Assembly (NCBI GenBank): GCA_019650635.1 | Contig: BOXE01000001.1 | Span: 76,193-140,192, forward strand | Reading direction: 5' to 3' | Source of the DNA: Alphaproteobacteria bacterium | GTDB taxonomy: Bacteria; Pseudomonadota; Alphaproteobacteria; Methylaequorales; Methylaequoraceae | DNA length: 64,000 bases | In this document: positions 41,693-52,308 of the stretch, in pieces | Position numbering within the stretch: the stretch's first letter is position 1 | How the letters are laid out: each line of letters begins with the position of its first letter | Position numbers and translations under genes: made by a program | Notes under the pieces: model-generated | What the model saw: the letters and a program-made list of their open reading frames with translations, nothing else | Databases searched by the model: none | Told to the model about the DNA's origin: nothing

Positions 41693-42603
41693 ATAGCAAT
41701 AAAACCATTATAAAAGTTTTGATTTAAATAATTAATCTTTTTTTTTAAAAAACTGAAATTCAACAATTTTGTAATATCACTTTGAATTGACAAATCTTTC
41801 ACTCTTACATCATCATCCAACCCAGCTTCTTTTTTTAACCACGATAATGCATCATTTTCAGTTCCAACAGCATCTATGAGCTTCAAGTCTTTAGCTTGTT
41901 TTCCTGTTACAATTCTTCCATCTGAAACTAAATCTAGTGTGGAACTTGATATATCTCTACTTTTTTTAACCAAATTCAAAAATTCTGTTTGCATTTTTTT
42001 TATAACATCTTTTAAGTAATTTAATTTTTTTTCATCGATTTCTTCAGCAGGATTAGGTACTGCTTTCAAATCACCACTTTTAATGATTACTGGATTAATA
42101 CCTAATTTACCAAGAAGTTGACTGATATCTGCCGTTTGAAGTATTACACCTATTGACCCTGTAATGGTCCCCTCATTTCCAAAAATTCTGTCAGAACTTA
42201 AAGATACAAGATAACCTCCCGACGTGGCTATTTCTCTCATGTAGGCAACTGTAGGTATTTTTCTGCTTAATTTTTTAATTGATTCATGAATTTCTTTACT
42301 TCCCACATATGTACCTCCAGGACTATTAATAATAGTTATAAGTCCTTTTACGTTTTGATCATTGTCTAAGTCTTTCAATTGTTCAAGTATATCATTTCTA
42401 TCTTTTATGATTCCTTCAACAGTTATTTTTGCTATAAAATTTTCTTTTTGTTGAAATTGAAGTGAAGCAGTGAATACTAAAAGAATCACAATTACTATGA
42501 TTAGTAAACGTTTTATTATTGATTGTCTTTTTGTATAAAATTGTTCTAAAAAGTCATTTGGTTTCATCTTTTGACTTCTTTTTATCTTCTTCCAATGCAG
42601 CAC
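41674..42603 (-). CDS. sppA: Signal peptide peptidase SppA, 36K type
   Basis: N-terminal TM anchor and ClpP/crotonase-fold motifs (INSPGG, ATSGGYLVS, GSIGV). The likely start is the ATG at 42567. Confidence 0.85.
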   Translation of the reverse strand: MLHWKKIKRSQKMKPNDFLEQFYTKRQSIIKRLLIIVIVILLVFTASLQFQQKENFIAKITVEGIIKDRNDILEQLKDLDNDQNVKGLITIINSPGGTYVGSKEIHESIKKLSRKIPTVAYMREIATSGGYLVSLSSDRIFGNEGTITGSIGVILQTADISQLLGKLGINPVIIKSGDLKAVPNPAEEIDEKKLNYLKDVIKKMQTEFLNLVKKSRDISSSTLDLVSDGRIVTGKQAKDLKLIDAVGTENDALSWLKKEAGLDDDVRVKDLSIQSDITKLLNFSFLKKKINYLNQNFYNGFIAIWTPGI

Positions 42604-44236
42604 CTATAATATCACCTATACTTGCTCCTGAAGAGGATGAACCATATTCTTTTAGAGCTTCTTTTTCTTCCTGAATTTCTAGGTCTTTAATTGACAATTC
42701 ATAGTTATCATCTTTAGCAATTTTTTTTAAAACTTTTGCATCAATTTTTTCACCAACAGCAAATCTAGATGTATTTTGTTCTGTTTTAACTTTTGCTAAG
42801 TTAGATTTTTTTACAAATCCCTTTAAATCTTTTTCAAAACTAACAAAAACTTTATCTTCATCAATTTTTTCAACAACACATGTCATTGTTTTATTAACAA
42901 ATTTATCCTCTTTAATGGAACTTTTTGTAAGTTGTTTAATACCCAGAGACACTCTTTCTTTATCAACATCAATATCCAAAATTTTAAATTTAACTTTTTC
43001 ACCGATCTTATATTTTTCAATCGCTTTTGAACTGCTATCTTCCCAAGATATATCTGAAGCATGAATTAATCCGTCAAGTTCTTGTGTTAAACCAACAAAT
43101 ATTCCAAAATCTGTGATATTTTTTATTTCACCTTCTGCAATATCTCCTTCTTTTTTTGTCGATGCAAAGATCTTCCATGGGTTCTCGGTGCATTGTTTAA
43201 GTCCCAGACTTATTCTTCTTTTAGAGTTATCAATTTCTAAAATCAATACCTCCACTTCTTCACCAATCTTGAGGATTGAATTTGGGTTAATATTTTTATT
43301 TACCCAACTCATCTCAGAGGTGTGGATAAGACCTTCAACTCCTTTTTCTAACTCAATAAATGCTCCATAATCTGCTATGCTTGATATTTTTGATTTTATT
43401 TTAGTACCAACCTTGTAAATGTTCTCAACGTTTTTCCAAGGATCCTCTGTTAACTGTTTAAGACCAAGACTAATTCGATTGTTTTCTTTGTCATATTTTA
43501 TCACAATCACTTCTATATCTTCACCAATCTTAAACATTTCAGACGGGTGATTTACTCTTTCCCAAGAAATGTCTGTAACGTGAATTAATCCATCCATTCC
43601 TCCTAAATCGACGAAAACACCGTAATCTGTAATATTTTTTACTACACCTTTTAATTTATCTCCTTCATTTATATCTGATAAAAGTTTACTTCTATCAGCT
43701 TTTCTAGACTCCTCTAACAGAACTCTTCTAGAGACAACGATATTACCTCTTAGTTTATCCATTTTAAGAATTATCATTGGTTGGGGTTTATTTAGAAGAG
43801 GAGAAATATCTTTGATTGGTTTAAGGTCTACTTGACTTCCGGGAAGAAATGCTACTGCTCCATTAATGTCTACTGCAAACCCACCTTTAACTCTTCCAGT
43901 GATTACTCCCGTTACCTGTTCTTTTTGATTTTGTTGTTTTTCAAGATTAGACCAAGATTCTTCTTTCCTGGCTCTTTCTCGACTTAGAAGAGCTTCACCC
44001 TCTTTATTTTCAAGCTTTTCTAGATATACATCGTATTTATCGCCTACTTTAACGCTGTGTTCTTCTCCAGGTGAATGAAACTCTTTGATAGGTATTCTTC
44101 CTTCAGCTTTAAGTCCTACATCTACTACAACTGTATCATTTACGATTGAAAGAACTGTGCCTTTTATAATTTGACCTTCTTTGTATTTAAATTCTGATAG
44201 GCTTTGTTCTAATAATTCACTAAAATTTTCTACCAA
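42554..44236 (-). CDS. rpsA: 30S ribosomal protein S1
   Basis: 560-aa intact ORF with six S1 repeats (recurring G.V..I.D.G.FV.L pattern). Confidence 0.95.
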   Translation of the reverse strand: MVENFSELLEQSLSEFKYKEGQIIKGTVLSIVNDTVVVDVGLKAEGRIPIKEFHSPGEEHSVKVGDKYDVYLEKLENKEGEALLSRERARKEESWSNLEKQQNQKEQVTGVITGRVKGGFAVDINGAVAFLPGSQVDLKPIKDISPLLNKPQPMIILKMDKLRGNIVVSRRVLLEESRKADRSKLLSDINEGDKLKGVVKNITDYGVFVDLGGMDGLIHVTDISWERVNHPSEMFKIGEDIEVIVIKYDKENNRISLGLKQLTEDPWKNVENIYKVGTKIKSKISSIADYGAFIELEKGVEGLIHTSEMSWVNKNINPNSILKIGEEVEVLILEIDNSKRRISLGLKQCTENPWKIFASTKKEGDIAEGEIKNITDFGIFVGLTQELDGLIHASDISWEDSSSKAIEKYKIGEKVKFKILDIDVDKERVSLGIKQLTKSSIKEDKFVNKTMTCVVEKIDEDKVFVSFEKDLKGFVKKSNLAKVKTEQNTSRFAVGEKIDAKVLKKIAKDDNYELSIKDLEIQEEKEALKEYGSSSSGASIGDIIGAALEEDKKKSKDETK

Positions 44237-44295
44237 TTAATTTCCTCTATAATTTATTGATTACAATTACAAAATTTTCAGGTGATATGCAATTA

Positions 44296-44953
44296 TTAAA
44301 TAAAATCAGTTATTTTTCTTATATACTTTAACGCTATCTCAAGGACTTGTGTTTCATTAATCTCTGATGTATAAATCTTGAAACTATCAACTGCTGGCTT
44401 TAGGGGAGAAATATCCCTTTCAGAATCTTGAATATCTCTTTTTCTCATGTTTTCAAAAGTATTCGAATACTCTAACGAACCAAGTTTTAATTGTTGATTT
44501 CTTCTAGAAGCCCTTATTTCAACATCTGCATCAATAAAAAACTTTACTTCAGCATTTGGAATAATTACTGTTCCAATATCTCTTCCATCAATTATGGAAC
44601 CTTTTCCTTTGGGAGGGTTGTTAGCAAAGTTTCTTTGATAATTTACTAGTGATTTTCTAACTTCAGTTGATTGAGAAATTTGAGATGCAAGTTTTGAAAT
44701 TTTTTCTGACCTTAAAACAGTCTAGTTTTTCAGTATTTGTGAACCATTTATTAAAATTTATCTTATTAGGTTGTTTCTCTTTACCCTCTTTAATACTTTC
44801 AAATGCATAAATTCTATAAAGAAGACCGGTATCCAAATGATCAAAATTAAGTTTTTTTGATAAATTAGTTGCTAGTGTACCTTTACCTGAACCCGCTGTT
44901 CCGTCAATTGCAATCACTGGTTTAGAGTTTTTGAAAATATTCAATTTTAGCAC
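44296..44953 (-). pseudogene. cmk: Cytidylate kinase, one frameshift
   Basis: P-loop IAIDGTAGSGKGTLA in ORF 44663..44953. After the T4 run near 44712 the protein continues uninterrupted in another frame (LRSEKISKLASQIS...IIDGRDIGTVI...KITDFI*) to the stop at 44296. Confidence 0.9.
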
Positions 44954-46240
44954 CTAATTTTTGAAACAGTTCTTTGAAACTAGGAAATGATGTTTTTATC
45001 ATTTTCATCTCATCAATAACAATAGATTTATCTGAAAAAAACCCAAAGATAAGCATTGACATTGCTACTCTATGATCATTTTCTGTTTCAACTTGATTTC
45101 CTCCTTCTTGATTTTTTTCTCCATAAATTTTGATAGAATCATTACCTAATTCTAATTTCACCCCATTTTTAGAAAGTGCGTTTGACATCGAAGCAAGTCT
45201 ATTGCTTTCTTTTACTTTTAGTTCTTTTAAAACCATAAAATTCAGAAACCCCTGATGCATAAGACGCTGCAACGAATAATATTGGATACTCATCAATAAG
45301 TCTTGGAACTATGCTCTTATTCACAACTGTGCTACTAAATTTGAACTTTCGACTTCAATGTCACCAACAATTTCGCCATTAAATTTTCTTTTATTTTTAA
45401 CTGTTATATTAGCATTCATTTTTTTAAAACGTCTAAAAGACCAGTCCTGTAATAATTTAGACCCACATCTTTTAATGTTACTTTGCTTTTTAGAGAGAAG
45501 AACTGCTATAATAACAAATGCAGCAGAACTAAAATCTCCAGGAATTTTTAATTCCTTTGGTTTAAGAAAGTTTGGTGATGTCAATTTAATTACATTTTTT
45601 TCCTTAATTAAGTTTGCTCCCAAAAATTTGAGCATTATCTCTGTATGATCTCTAGATGGGATTTTTTCCACAATTTTAGTTGTGCCTTTAGTATTCAAAG
45701 CTGCAAGTAATATGCAACTTTTTACTTGGGCAGAACCAACATTTAAAGTATGGTTTATAGGAATGTACTGATTATTATGATTGAAGACCTTAATTGGAAG
45801 CAAACCATTATTGTGTGTGATGGATACATTCATTTCTTGAAGAGGATCAATTATTCTTTTCATTGGTCTGGATGACAATGATTTGTCACCTGTTAATGTT
45901 GCATTGATTTCACTAGTGCTTAGCAAACCAGCCATTAATCTTACTCCTGTTCCAGAGTTGCCAAAATGTAAAATTTTTTGAGGATCAGAGAAAAATCCTC
46001 CCTTGTCCAAAAATTTCATAGTAATCATTATTTTTAATTATTTTAATTTTTAAATTTTTGAGAACTTTCAGGGTGTTTAGAACATCTTCAGATTCTAAAA
46101 GCTTAAAAATTTTGGTGTTGCCAAGGCAGGTTGATGATATAATTAGTGATCTTATGGAAATGGATTTATCTGAAGGAACAGTCTATTATTCCATTTAATG
46201 ATTTACTTTTAGAAGATTTAAGAGTAATAGTTTTTTTCAT
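44922..46240 (-). pseudogene. aroA: 3-phosphoshikimate 1-carboxyvinyltransferase (EPSP synthase), several frameshifts
   Basis: FGNSGTGVRLMAGLL in ORF 45321..46028. The C-terminus is ORF 44922..45296. The N-terminus (MKKTITLKSSKSKSLNG...) from the ATG near 46240 is spread over several frames. Confidence 0.88.
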
Positions 46241-46288
46241 TCCTATTTATGATATATAATTTATTTACTTTATTAATGAAAGTTGATT

Positions 46289-46586
46289 ATGGAAAAATTT
46301 GACAAAGGTGCTAAGAAAATGCACAAATGTAATACCCTTTTTTGATTTTGGAAAATATCCAATTGTTTGTCCAAATTGTGGAGCTGATGTAAATTCACTT
46401 CTACAAATGTTTCGAGGCGAGGAAGACCACCAAAGATTTTAAAACCTGAAGATAATCAAGAAACAAAAGATATGGAAATTCAAGACATTGAGTAGAAGAT
46501 ACCCAAACTCTGAAGAAGTAGATCTGAGGAATCCAATGTCGATGATATCGTGGAAATTGAGAGAGAAACGATTCTTAGTCATTTAG
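46289..46586 (+). pseudogene. TIGR02300 / FYDLN_acid-type zinc-ribbon protein, frame interrupted
   Basis: ATG at 46289. FFDFGKYPIVCPNCGADV resembles the FYDLN...CPxCG core. An acidic tail (EEVDLEESNVDDIVEIE) is visible in other frames. The end coordinate is approximate. Confidence 0.45.
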
Positions 46587-46629
46587 AATTAATTTTCATT
46601 CAAACAAGTTTAAAAATGGAAATATTTAT

Positions 46630-46705
46630 GGGGCTGTAGCTCAGTTGGGAGAGCGTCTGGATGGCATTCAGAAGGTCGTCGGTTCGATCCCGTCCAGCTC
46701 CACCA
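46630..46705 (+). tRNA. tRNA-Ala (anticodon GGC)
   Basis: 76-nt cloverleaf. Acceptor GGGGCTG/CAGCTCC with the G3:U70 Ala identity pair, anticodon loop AT-GGC-AT, T loop TTCGATC, and an encoded CCA end. Confidence 0.93.
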
Positions 46706-46795
46706 AAATTTTTTTTTTATTTTCAATATCTAAGAATATTAAATTGATTTATATGATAATTTATTGTAACTATTAAATGACGCTTTTTAAGGTTC

Positions 46796-46824
46796 GTGTT
46801 TATTGCTCGAATAGAGGATTTATG
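46796..46824 (+). promoter_or_regulatory. ROSE-like RNA-thermometer hairpin masking the hsp20 Shine-Dalgarno sequence
   Basis: AUUGCUC-GAAUA-GAGGAU (46802-46819). UUGCU pairs with AGGA and leaves a bulged G, which is the hallmark of ROSE elements. The SD GAGGA sits just before the AUG at 46822, and weaker U-U/G-U pairs extend over the AUG. Confidence 0.45.
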
Positions 46825-47239
46825 AGTAGAATGTCAGTGTTTAACAGCCCTTTTTTGTTGGGATTCGACCAATTTGAAAGAACAGTTGATAGAATTTCAA
46901 AACTTTCAAGCGACTCTACCCACCCTATAATATTGAACAAACATCACCTAATAGTATTAGGATAACATAGCTGTTGCTGGCTTCAACAAAAAGACCTGGA
47001 CATAAGTTTAGAAGGAAATCAACTTCAAATAAGGGGAAGTAGAGAAGATAATGATTCTGAGAAAATTATATACATCGAGGAATTGCAACTAGACAGTTCA
47101 AAGAAATTTTATTTTAGCTGATGGCATAGAAGTTGAAGAAGCTTCAATGGATAATGGATTGTTATTTATTGACTTGTCTCAACCAATTAGTAATGAAGAG
47201 TCAAAAAGATTGAAATTAAAGATAAAAATAATAAAATAA
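46822..47239 (+). pseudogene. Small heat-shock protein (Hsp20 / IbpA family), several frameshifts
   Basis: MSRMSVFNSPFLLGFDQFERTVDRI, then YPPYNIEQTSPNSIRIT, IAVAGFNKKDLDISLEGNQLQIRG and LADGIEVEEASMDNGLLFIDL appear in successive frames. The 3' end is ambiguous (47239-47283). Confidence 0.85.
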
Positions 47240-47257
47240 ATGATAAGTTAATTAGTT

Positions 47258-47494
47258 TTGGAAGTGAAAACAAAAATGGCTAAATTCAACAGCACAACTA
47301 GTTTCGATTTGCTTGAATACGGAAATTCCTCTCATGCGTTCGTAAAGAAAGAAATTCATAAAGAAGAAAATTTTACTACCGATGTTTTTTCAGTTTACTG
47401 TGCTGATGGTACTCTTCTCGCAGCCTTCGATAGTAAAGAATCTGCAATAGCTGCAATTCTTCAATCAGGACTTGAACACATTAATCTTCATTAG
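47258..47494 (+). CDS. DUF1150 family protein (conserved partner of alphaproteobacterial hsp20)
   Basis: 78-aa ORF; the likely start is the ATG at 47276. The segment VFSVYCADGTLLAAFDSKESAIAAILQSGLEHINLH matches my recollection of DUF1150. Positioned right after hsp20. Confidence 0.6.
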   Translation: MEVKTKMAKFNSTTSFDLLEYGNSSHAFVKKEIHKEENFTTDVFSVYCADGTLLAAFDSKESAIAAILQSGLEHINLH

Positions 47495-47937
47495 GTTTGT
47501 CCAAAAAATTTATAAATTTCTTTTGAATTCTTTAATTTTCTTAATTTTTCAACAAAGTTTTTGTTTTTAATGAAACTAGATATCGATGACAAGACAAGTA
47601 GATGTTCGGATTGGCAATTTTTTGGTGCCAGAATGACAAAAACTAAGTCTACATACTTTTTGTCTGGTGCAGAAAAATCAACAGCAGATTTTAATTTAAG
47701 AAATAATACCTTCGTCTTATCTATAAGACTTATTTTTGAATGAGGAATAGCTATTCCATTACCTACACCAGTTGAGCCTAATCGCTCTCTTTCATTTAAT
47801 TTTTCAATAATCTTTGAACTCTCTTCTAAATCATTTTTAGCGAAGAAATTTGATACAAACTTGAAAAGATTTTTTTTACTATCTACATCAACATCAACGA
47901 GGATTGAATCAAGAGCAATAAATTCAACTAATTTCAT
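47491..47937 (-). CDS. ptsN: PTS EIIA-Ntr (nitrogen regulatory protein PtsN)
   Basis: 148 aa with RERLGSTGVGNGIAIPH (phospho-His motif). Lies downstream of hpf. Confidence 0.9.
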   Translation of the reverse strand: MKLVEFIALDSILVDVDVDSKKNLFKFVSNFFAKNDLEESSKIIEKLNERERLGSTGVGNGIAIPHSKISLIDKTKVLFLKLKSAVDFSAPDKKYVDLVFVILAPKNCQSEHLLVLSSISSFIKNKNFVEKLRKLKNSKEIYKFFGQT

Positions 47938-48512
47938 TTTTTTGGATCCACCCAGCCTATATTTCCATCCGGTCTTCTATAAAGAATATTAAGTCTTTTT
48001 GACTGAACATTTTTAAAGAAAATAGCATTTTGATCTTTTAAATTCATAAGCATTATTGCCTCACTAACAGAGACTGTTTTTATAACATCGTCTGATTCAG
48101 CAATTATAACAGGATCATAGAGATTTTCTTTCGTATTTTTTAGTTCAGGGTTTTCAATAATATATTGGTTGGCTTTGAGATATTTTAGTGGTTTTCTATT
48201 CTTCAATCTGTGATCAGTGAGTTTTCTATGATATCTTCTAAGTCTTTTTTTTATTTTCTCGTTTGCAACATTGAATGCACCATATGCGTCATTACTTCCA
48301 GCGTTACTTTGAATAAATATCGCACTATCAATGTGAATATTAATTTCACATCTAAAGTTGAATGTGTCCTTAGAAAAAAGAATATTTCCACTTATAAAAT
48401 TATCAAAATATTTTTTTAGGGTCTGTACTAAAGAATCTTTCACATAGTGGGTTAGAGACTTACCTACTTTTGTTTGTTTTCCTGAAACAGATATCTTGTT
48501 TGAATCGATCAA
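47934..48512 (-). CDS. hpf: Ribosome hibernation promoting factor, long form
   Basis: 192 aa with an N-terminal S30AE/sigma-54-modulation fold (ISVSGKQTKVGKSLTHYV) and a C-terminal dimerisation domain (YRRPDGNIGWVDP). The TTG start overlaps the lptB stop. Confidence 0.88.
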   Translation of the reverse strand: MIDSNKISVSGKQTKVGKSLTHYVKDSLVQTLKKYFDNFISGNILFSKDTFNFRCEINIHIDSAIFIQSNAGSNDAYGAFNVANEKIKKRLRRYHRKLTDHRLKNRKPLKYLKANQYIIENPELKNTKENLYDPVIIAESDDVIKTVSVSEAIMLMNLKDQNAIFFKNVQSKRLNILYRRPDGNIGWVDPKK

Positions 48513-49285
48513 AAATCGTTACCCAGATAGAACGTTCTTACATTTTTATTTTTTATTATTTCATCAGGTCTACCTTTAAAAAGAACTTTACCTTCAAAAA
48601 TAATGTAGGCCCTATCCACAATTTCTAGGGTGCTTTTTACATTGTGATCAGTCATCAAAACACCAATATTTCTATTTTTCAGATTTTGAATTAATTTTTT
48701 TACATCTTGTATGGCTATTGGATCAATCCCAGCTAACGGTTCGTCCAGCAGAATAAAGTTAGGGTTAGACGCTAAACATCTAGCTATTTCTAGTCGTCTT
48801 CTTTCACCTCCAGATAAAGATAAAGATGGGGCATACCTGAGGTGTTCAATTCCAAATTCTGCTAACAAGTCTTCAAGTTTTTTTTGTTTTGCTTCAGTTG
48901 ATTTCTCAGTCTTTTCTAATATTGAAAGAATATTTTCTTCTACATTCATTCCCCTGAAAATTGAAGATTCTTGAGGGAGATAACCTAATCCTAATTTTGA
49001 ACGTCTATACATTGGGAATTCTGATATTTCTCTCTTATCCAGATTTATAGATCCACTATCAGCTTTAATTAGACCCATAGTAATGTAGAATAATGATGTC
49101 TTGCCAGCTCCGTTTGGACCCAGTAAAGCTACAGACTCCCCCCTATTAAGGTCGAGTGAAACATTATCCAAAATTCTTTTATTATCGTATGATTTTGTAA
49201 CATTTTTAACTTCTAACCCTTTATTGTTTACTGCAATAAATGGAATATCAATTTGACTCATCTGGATCAATCCCTCCTTTATCAA
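48509..49285 (-). CDS. lptB: LPS export ABC transporter ATP-binding protein LptB
   Basis: Walker A GPNGAGKTS, signature LSGGERRRLEIAR, Walker B ILLDEPLAGIDP. The likely start is the ATG at 49261. Confidence 0.92.
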   Translation of the reverse strand: MIKEGLIQMSQIDIPFIAVNNKGLEVKNVTKSYDNKRILDNVSLDLNRGESVALLGPNGAGKTSLFYITMGLIKADSGSINLDKREISEFPMYRRSKLGLGYLPQESSIFRGMNVEENILSILEKTEKSTEAKQKKLEDLLAEFGIEHLRYAPSLSLSGGERRRLEIARCLASNPNFILLDEPLAGIDPIAIQDVKKLIQNLKNRNIGVLMTDHNVKSTLEIVDRAYIIFEGKVLFKGRPDEIIKNKNVRTFYLGNDF

Positions 49286-50080
49286 TAAGAGCTCTCACTT
49301 TGTTTTCATTTAATTTATTTCCTGGAGCTGGTAATAACTTGCTTATCCCACTTCTAAGATCAACCTCAGCGTATTCACCTATCAAAAACTTTCTCCTCTT
49401 TGAAGTTTTACATTTCCATATAATTTACAAATCTCAGTTTCATTATTATAAATAGCTTTATCACTAAATGCTACTTCATTATTAGTTTTAATCGAAACAT
49501 TTGTAAATCCTAGAAGTTTTTTTACTGTAGTTTTTTGATTCTTTTCTTGAAGATACCAGACCAACTTATCAGCCATCACTACAAATTCATTGTCTTTTTT
49601 TGCTTCAGCCTCTCCTGTTGCAATAGCGATATTTTTAGATCTCCAATATTCTAACTTTTTATTTGATTTTAAAGTATTATTTTCTGATGTAAGAATTATA
49701 TTCCTGCCATTAATAAGAAAATAATCCTTAAGAATTTTATATTCTGCGTATTCTCCACCTGTAATTTTCATTTTTTTATCTTGGACAATAACATTTTTTT
49801 TTGCCCTCACTTCTGTAATATTCATACTAGATGAGTCGTTTTCTTTGTAAAAAGCTTCTATTTTATCGGACTCTAAAGATAATGTACCACTCAAAGCTTT
49901 AGCATTTCCCAATGCGACGTATTTATTTTTATTTTTGTGCCATTCGATCCCATTGTCAGCGAAAATTTCAATAGGTTCATTATTATTATCTAAATTAGTG
50001 AGCTGTTGTGATTCAGAATGCTTCAAGCTTAAGAAGATTAAAATGACTACAAAATAAAAACTTTTACTAATTTTTTTCAT
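49248..50080 (-). pseudogene. lptA: LPS transport periplasmic protein LptA (OstA-like), C-terminal frameshift
   Basis: Signal peptide plus the OstA_N pattern in ORF 49382..50080. After a run near 49385 the protein continues (FLIGEYAEVDLRSGISKLLPAPG...) to a stop at 49248, overlapping the lptB start. Confidence 0.82.
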
Positions 50081-50647
50081 TGATTAATTTTAACTTTGTT
50101 TTTCCTGTAAAGAATATTTGTTCTCCATTATTAAAAATTTTAAATCCCTCAGAAACAATAACTGAATTATTTTTTTTCCCATTTACTCTTTTATTTCCAG
50201 AGAGAACTTCTTTTTTAAAATCAAAATACATTTCAGAAGTTGTAAAAGTCATGTTTCCTCCGTCATTAAATTTTACATTGCCTTTTACCTTAAGTTGATC
50301 AACATTTTTATAAAATATTCCTTTATCACCACTCAAGAAAAACTTCTCTTTTCCTGAATTTATTTCTCCAGTTGGTTTTTCAAGATTAAAGATATTTGGT
50401 TCTTGCTTTAATCTTATTGCCTTATTAGCCATTACTTTGAAGGGTTGATTTTTTTATCTATCCCCATGAAGGTAGGTTTGTGTAAAACTTGCTTAAATGA
50501 CTGAAAATCACTTTCATCGTATGAAAAATCATTATAGACTTTTTCTTTTTCAATAGGATTGTTGTTATAAACTACAAGAATTAAAATCGATATTGAGAAA
50601 AAGAGAAGAATATATTTCAGGCTTTTTATAAAAACGGAATAATTCAT
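50067..50647 (-). pseudogene. lptC: LPS export system protein LptC, one frameshift
   Basis: The TM-anchored N-terminus (ORF 50432..50647) and the beta-jellyroll body (ORF 50067..50432) join as ...GIDKKNQPFKVMANKA... if the 7-nt run at 50449-50455 changes by one base. Confidence 0.8.
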
Positions 50648-50651
50648 TAAT

Positions 50652-51589
50652 TTAGTTTTTCTTTAATATGTCATGCATATGAATAATACCAATAGGTTTT
50701 TTTTGTTTAGTAATAAAAATATTTGTAATTGATTCTTCGTTCATAATTTTTAATGCCTTTGAAATAAGGGTATTGGGAGATAAAGTTTTAGGTTTTTTTG
50801 TCATTATTTCTTTAACATTCTTATCAAGCAACTCTGGGATTCATATTTCTCCTTATATCTCCGTCAGTTATGATTCCGATCAATTCATTTTTTTGATACA
50901 ACTCCTACACAACCCTCTCCTTTTGAAGTCATTTCTAAGATGGCATAACTCATTTTTTTTGATTCAACTATTAATGGAATATCAAGATTAATTTTCATTA
51001 CATCCTTTACTTCAGATAACATTTGTCCCAACTTTCCTCCTGGATGGAGTTCCCTGAAATCACTTTCTGTAAATTTCTTTTTTTCAATAATGTTACAGCA
51101 AGGCATCGCCTAAGGCTAGGTACATGTTGTAGAACTAGTTGGTGCCAATTCAAGTGGACAAGCCTCAATATTTTTGGGTATTAAAAGATTAAGGTTTGAC
51201 TCTCTTGAAAGAGTACTGTTAAGCTCACTTGTTATTGATATTATTGGAATACCTAATTTCTTGCAGTATAAAATCAAATTAATTAATTCTGAGGTTTCTC
51301 CTGAGTTTGAAATTAAAATTACTACATCTTTTTTTTCTAGCATACCTAGATCTCCATGATTTGCTTCAGATGGATGTATATAAAAAGAAGGTGAGCCTAC
51401 TGAAGAGAGTGTAGATGCAATTTTTGAAGCAATATGACCACTTTTTCCAATACCTGAGACAATTATTTTTCCTTTATTTTTTAAAAGTAAATTTACAACT
51501 TTTACAAAATCCTTTGAAATGTAATTTTTGAGCAAATTAAGTGCTTTAATTTCAATATCTATAACTTGTCTTCCTGTTTTAATTTCCAT
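50652..51589 (-). pseudogene. kdsD: Arabinose-5-phosphate isomerase (KdsD/KpsF), several frameshifts in the CBS half
   Basis: The SIS domain is intact in ORF 51116..51589 (SGIGKSGHIASK). The CBS-domain C-terminus (…KKPKTLSPNTLISKALKIMNEESITNIFITKQKKPIGIIHMHDILKKN*) and its middle are split over frames between 50800 and 51115. Confidence 0.85.
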
Positions 51590-51598
51590 TTCTTTCTT

Positions 51599-52246
51599 TC
51601 AGTGTGAAAAAATGTCCGTATCAGTGAAATCTAATAGATCAAGTTTTATTCTTGTTGGCAAGAAAGAAAATAATGATTTTGCAATATCTAGCCTTTTCTC
51701 TCTCTCCAGCATTTTTTCAAGTTTTCCTTTTAATTCAAATAAATGAATTACATCATAAGAAGCATATCTTATTTGATTTTCAGATAATTTTTCTGAGGAC
51801 CAGTCTGATGATTGCTGTGATTTATTTAAATCAACAGCCAAAAGTTCTTTACATAATTCTCTCAGTCCATGTTTGTCTGTGTAGGTTCTTACAAGTTTTG
51901 ATGCTAATTTTGTGCAAAATATATTTTCAATGTTAGCTTGAAAGGTTTTTCTTAAAATTGCAACGTCAAACCTTGCGTAGTGAAATATTTTTTGAATTTT
52001 ATGGTTGTTCAATATTTTAAGCACTTCTAAGTTTTTATTATTAAATTTTGAATTTTTTTTGTTAAATTGGACCAAATGGCATTCTTCTTTTGAGAAAGCA
52101 AATTGTATAAGGCAAAGTCTGTCTCTTATTAAACTTAAACCTGTTGTTTCGGTATCAATTGCGACAATCTTTGGAATTTTTATTTTTGCTGGAAGGTCTT
52201 CCTGATGCAAGAAAATTTTTGATTCGCCGAATTTAAAAGTTTTCAT
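51599..52246 (-). CDS. rnd: 3'-5' exonuclease, short RNase D-like form
   Basis: DEDD motifs IDTETTGL, HYARFDV and YASYDVIHL. 215 aa. Confidence 0.8.
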   Translation of the reverse strand: MKTFKFGESKIFLHQEDLPAKIKIPKIVAIDTETTGLSLIRDRLCLIQFAFSKEECHLVQFNKKNSKFNNKNLEVLKILNNHKIQKIFHYARFDVAILRKTFQANIENIFCTKLASKLVRTYTDKHGLRELCKELLAVDLNKSQQSSDWSSEKLSENQIRYASYDVIHLFELKGKLEKMLEREKRLDIAKSLFSFLPTRIKLDLLDFTDTDIFSH

Positions 52247-52308
52247 TTTTTGATATTTTTTAATTATGATATTAATACCAAAGTTATAAGATAAATAGTA
52301 AAAAAAAA

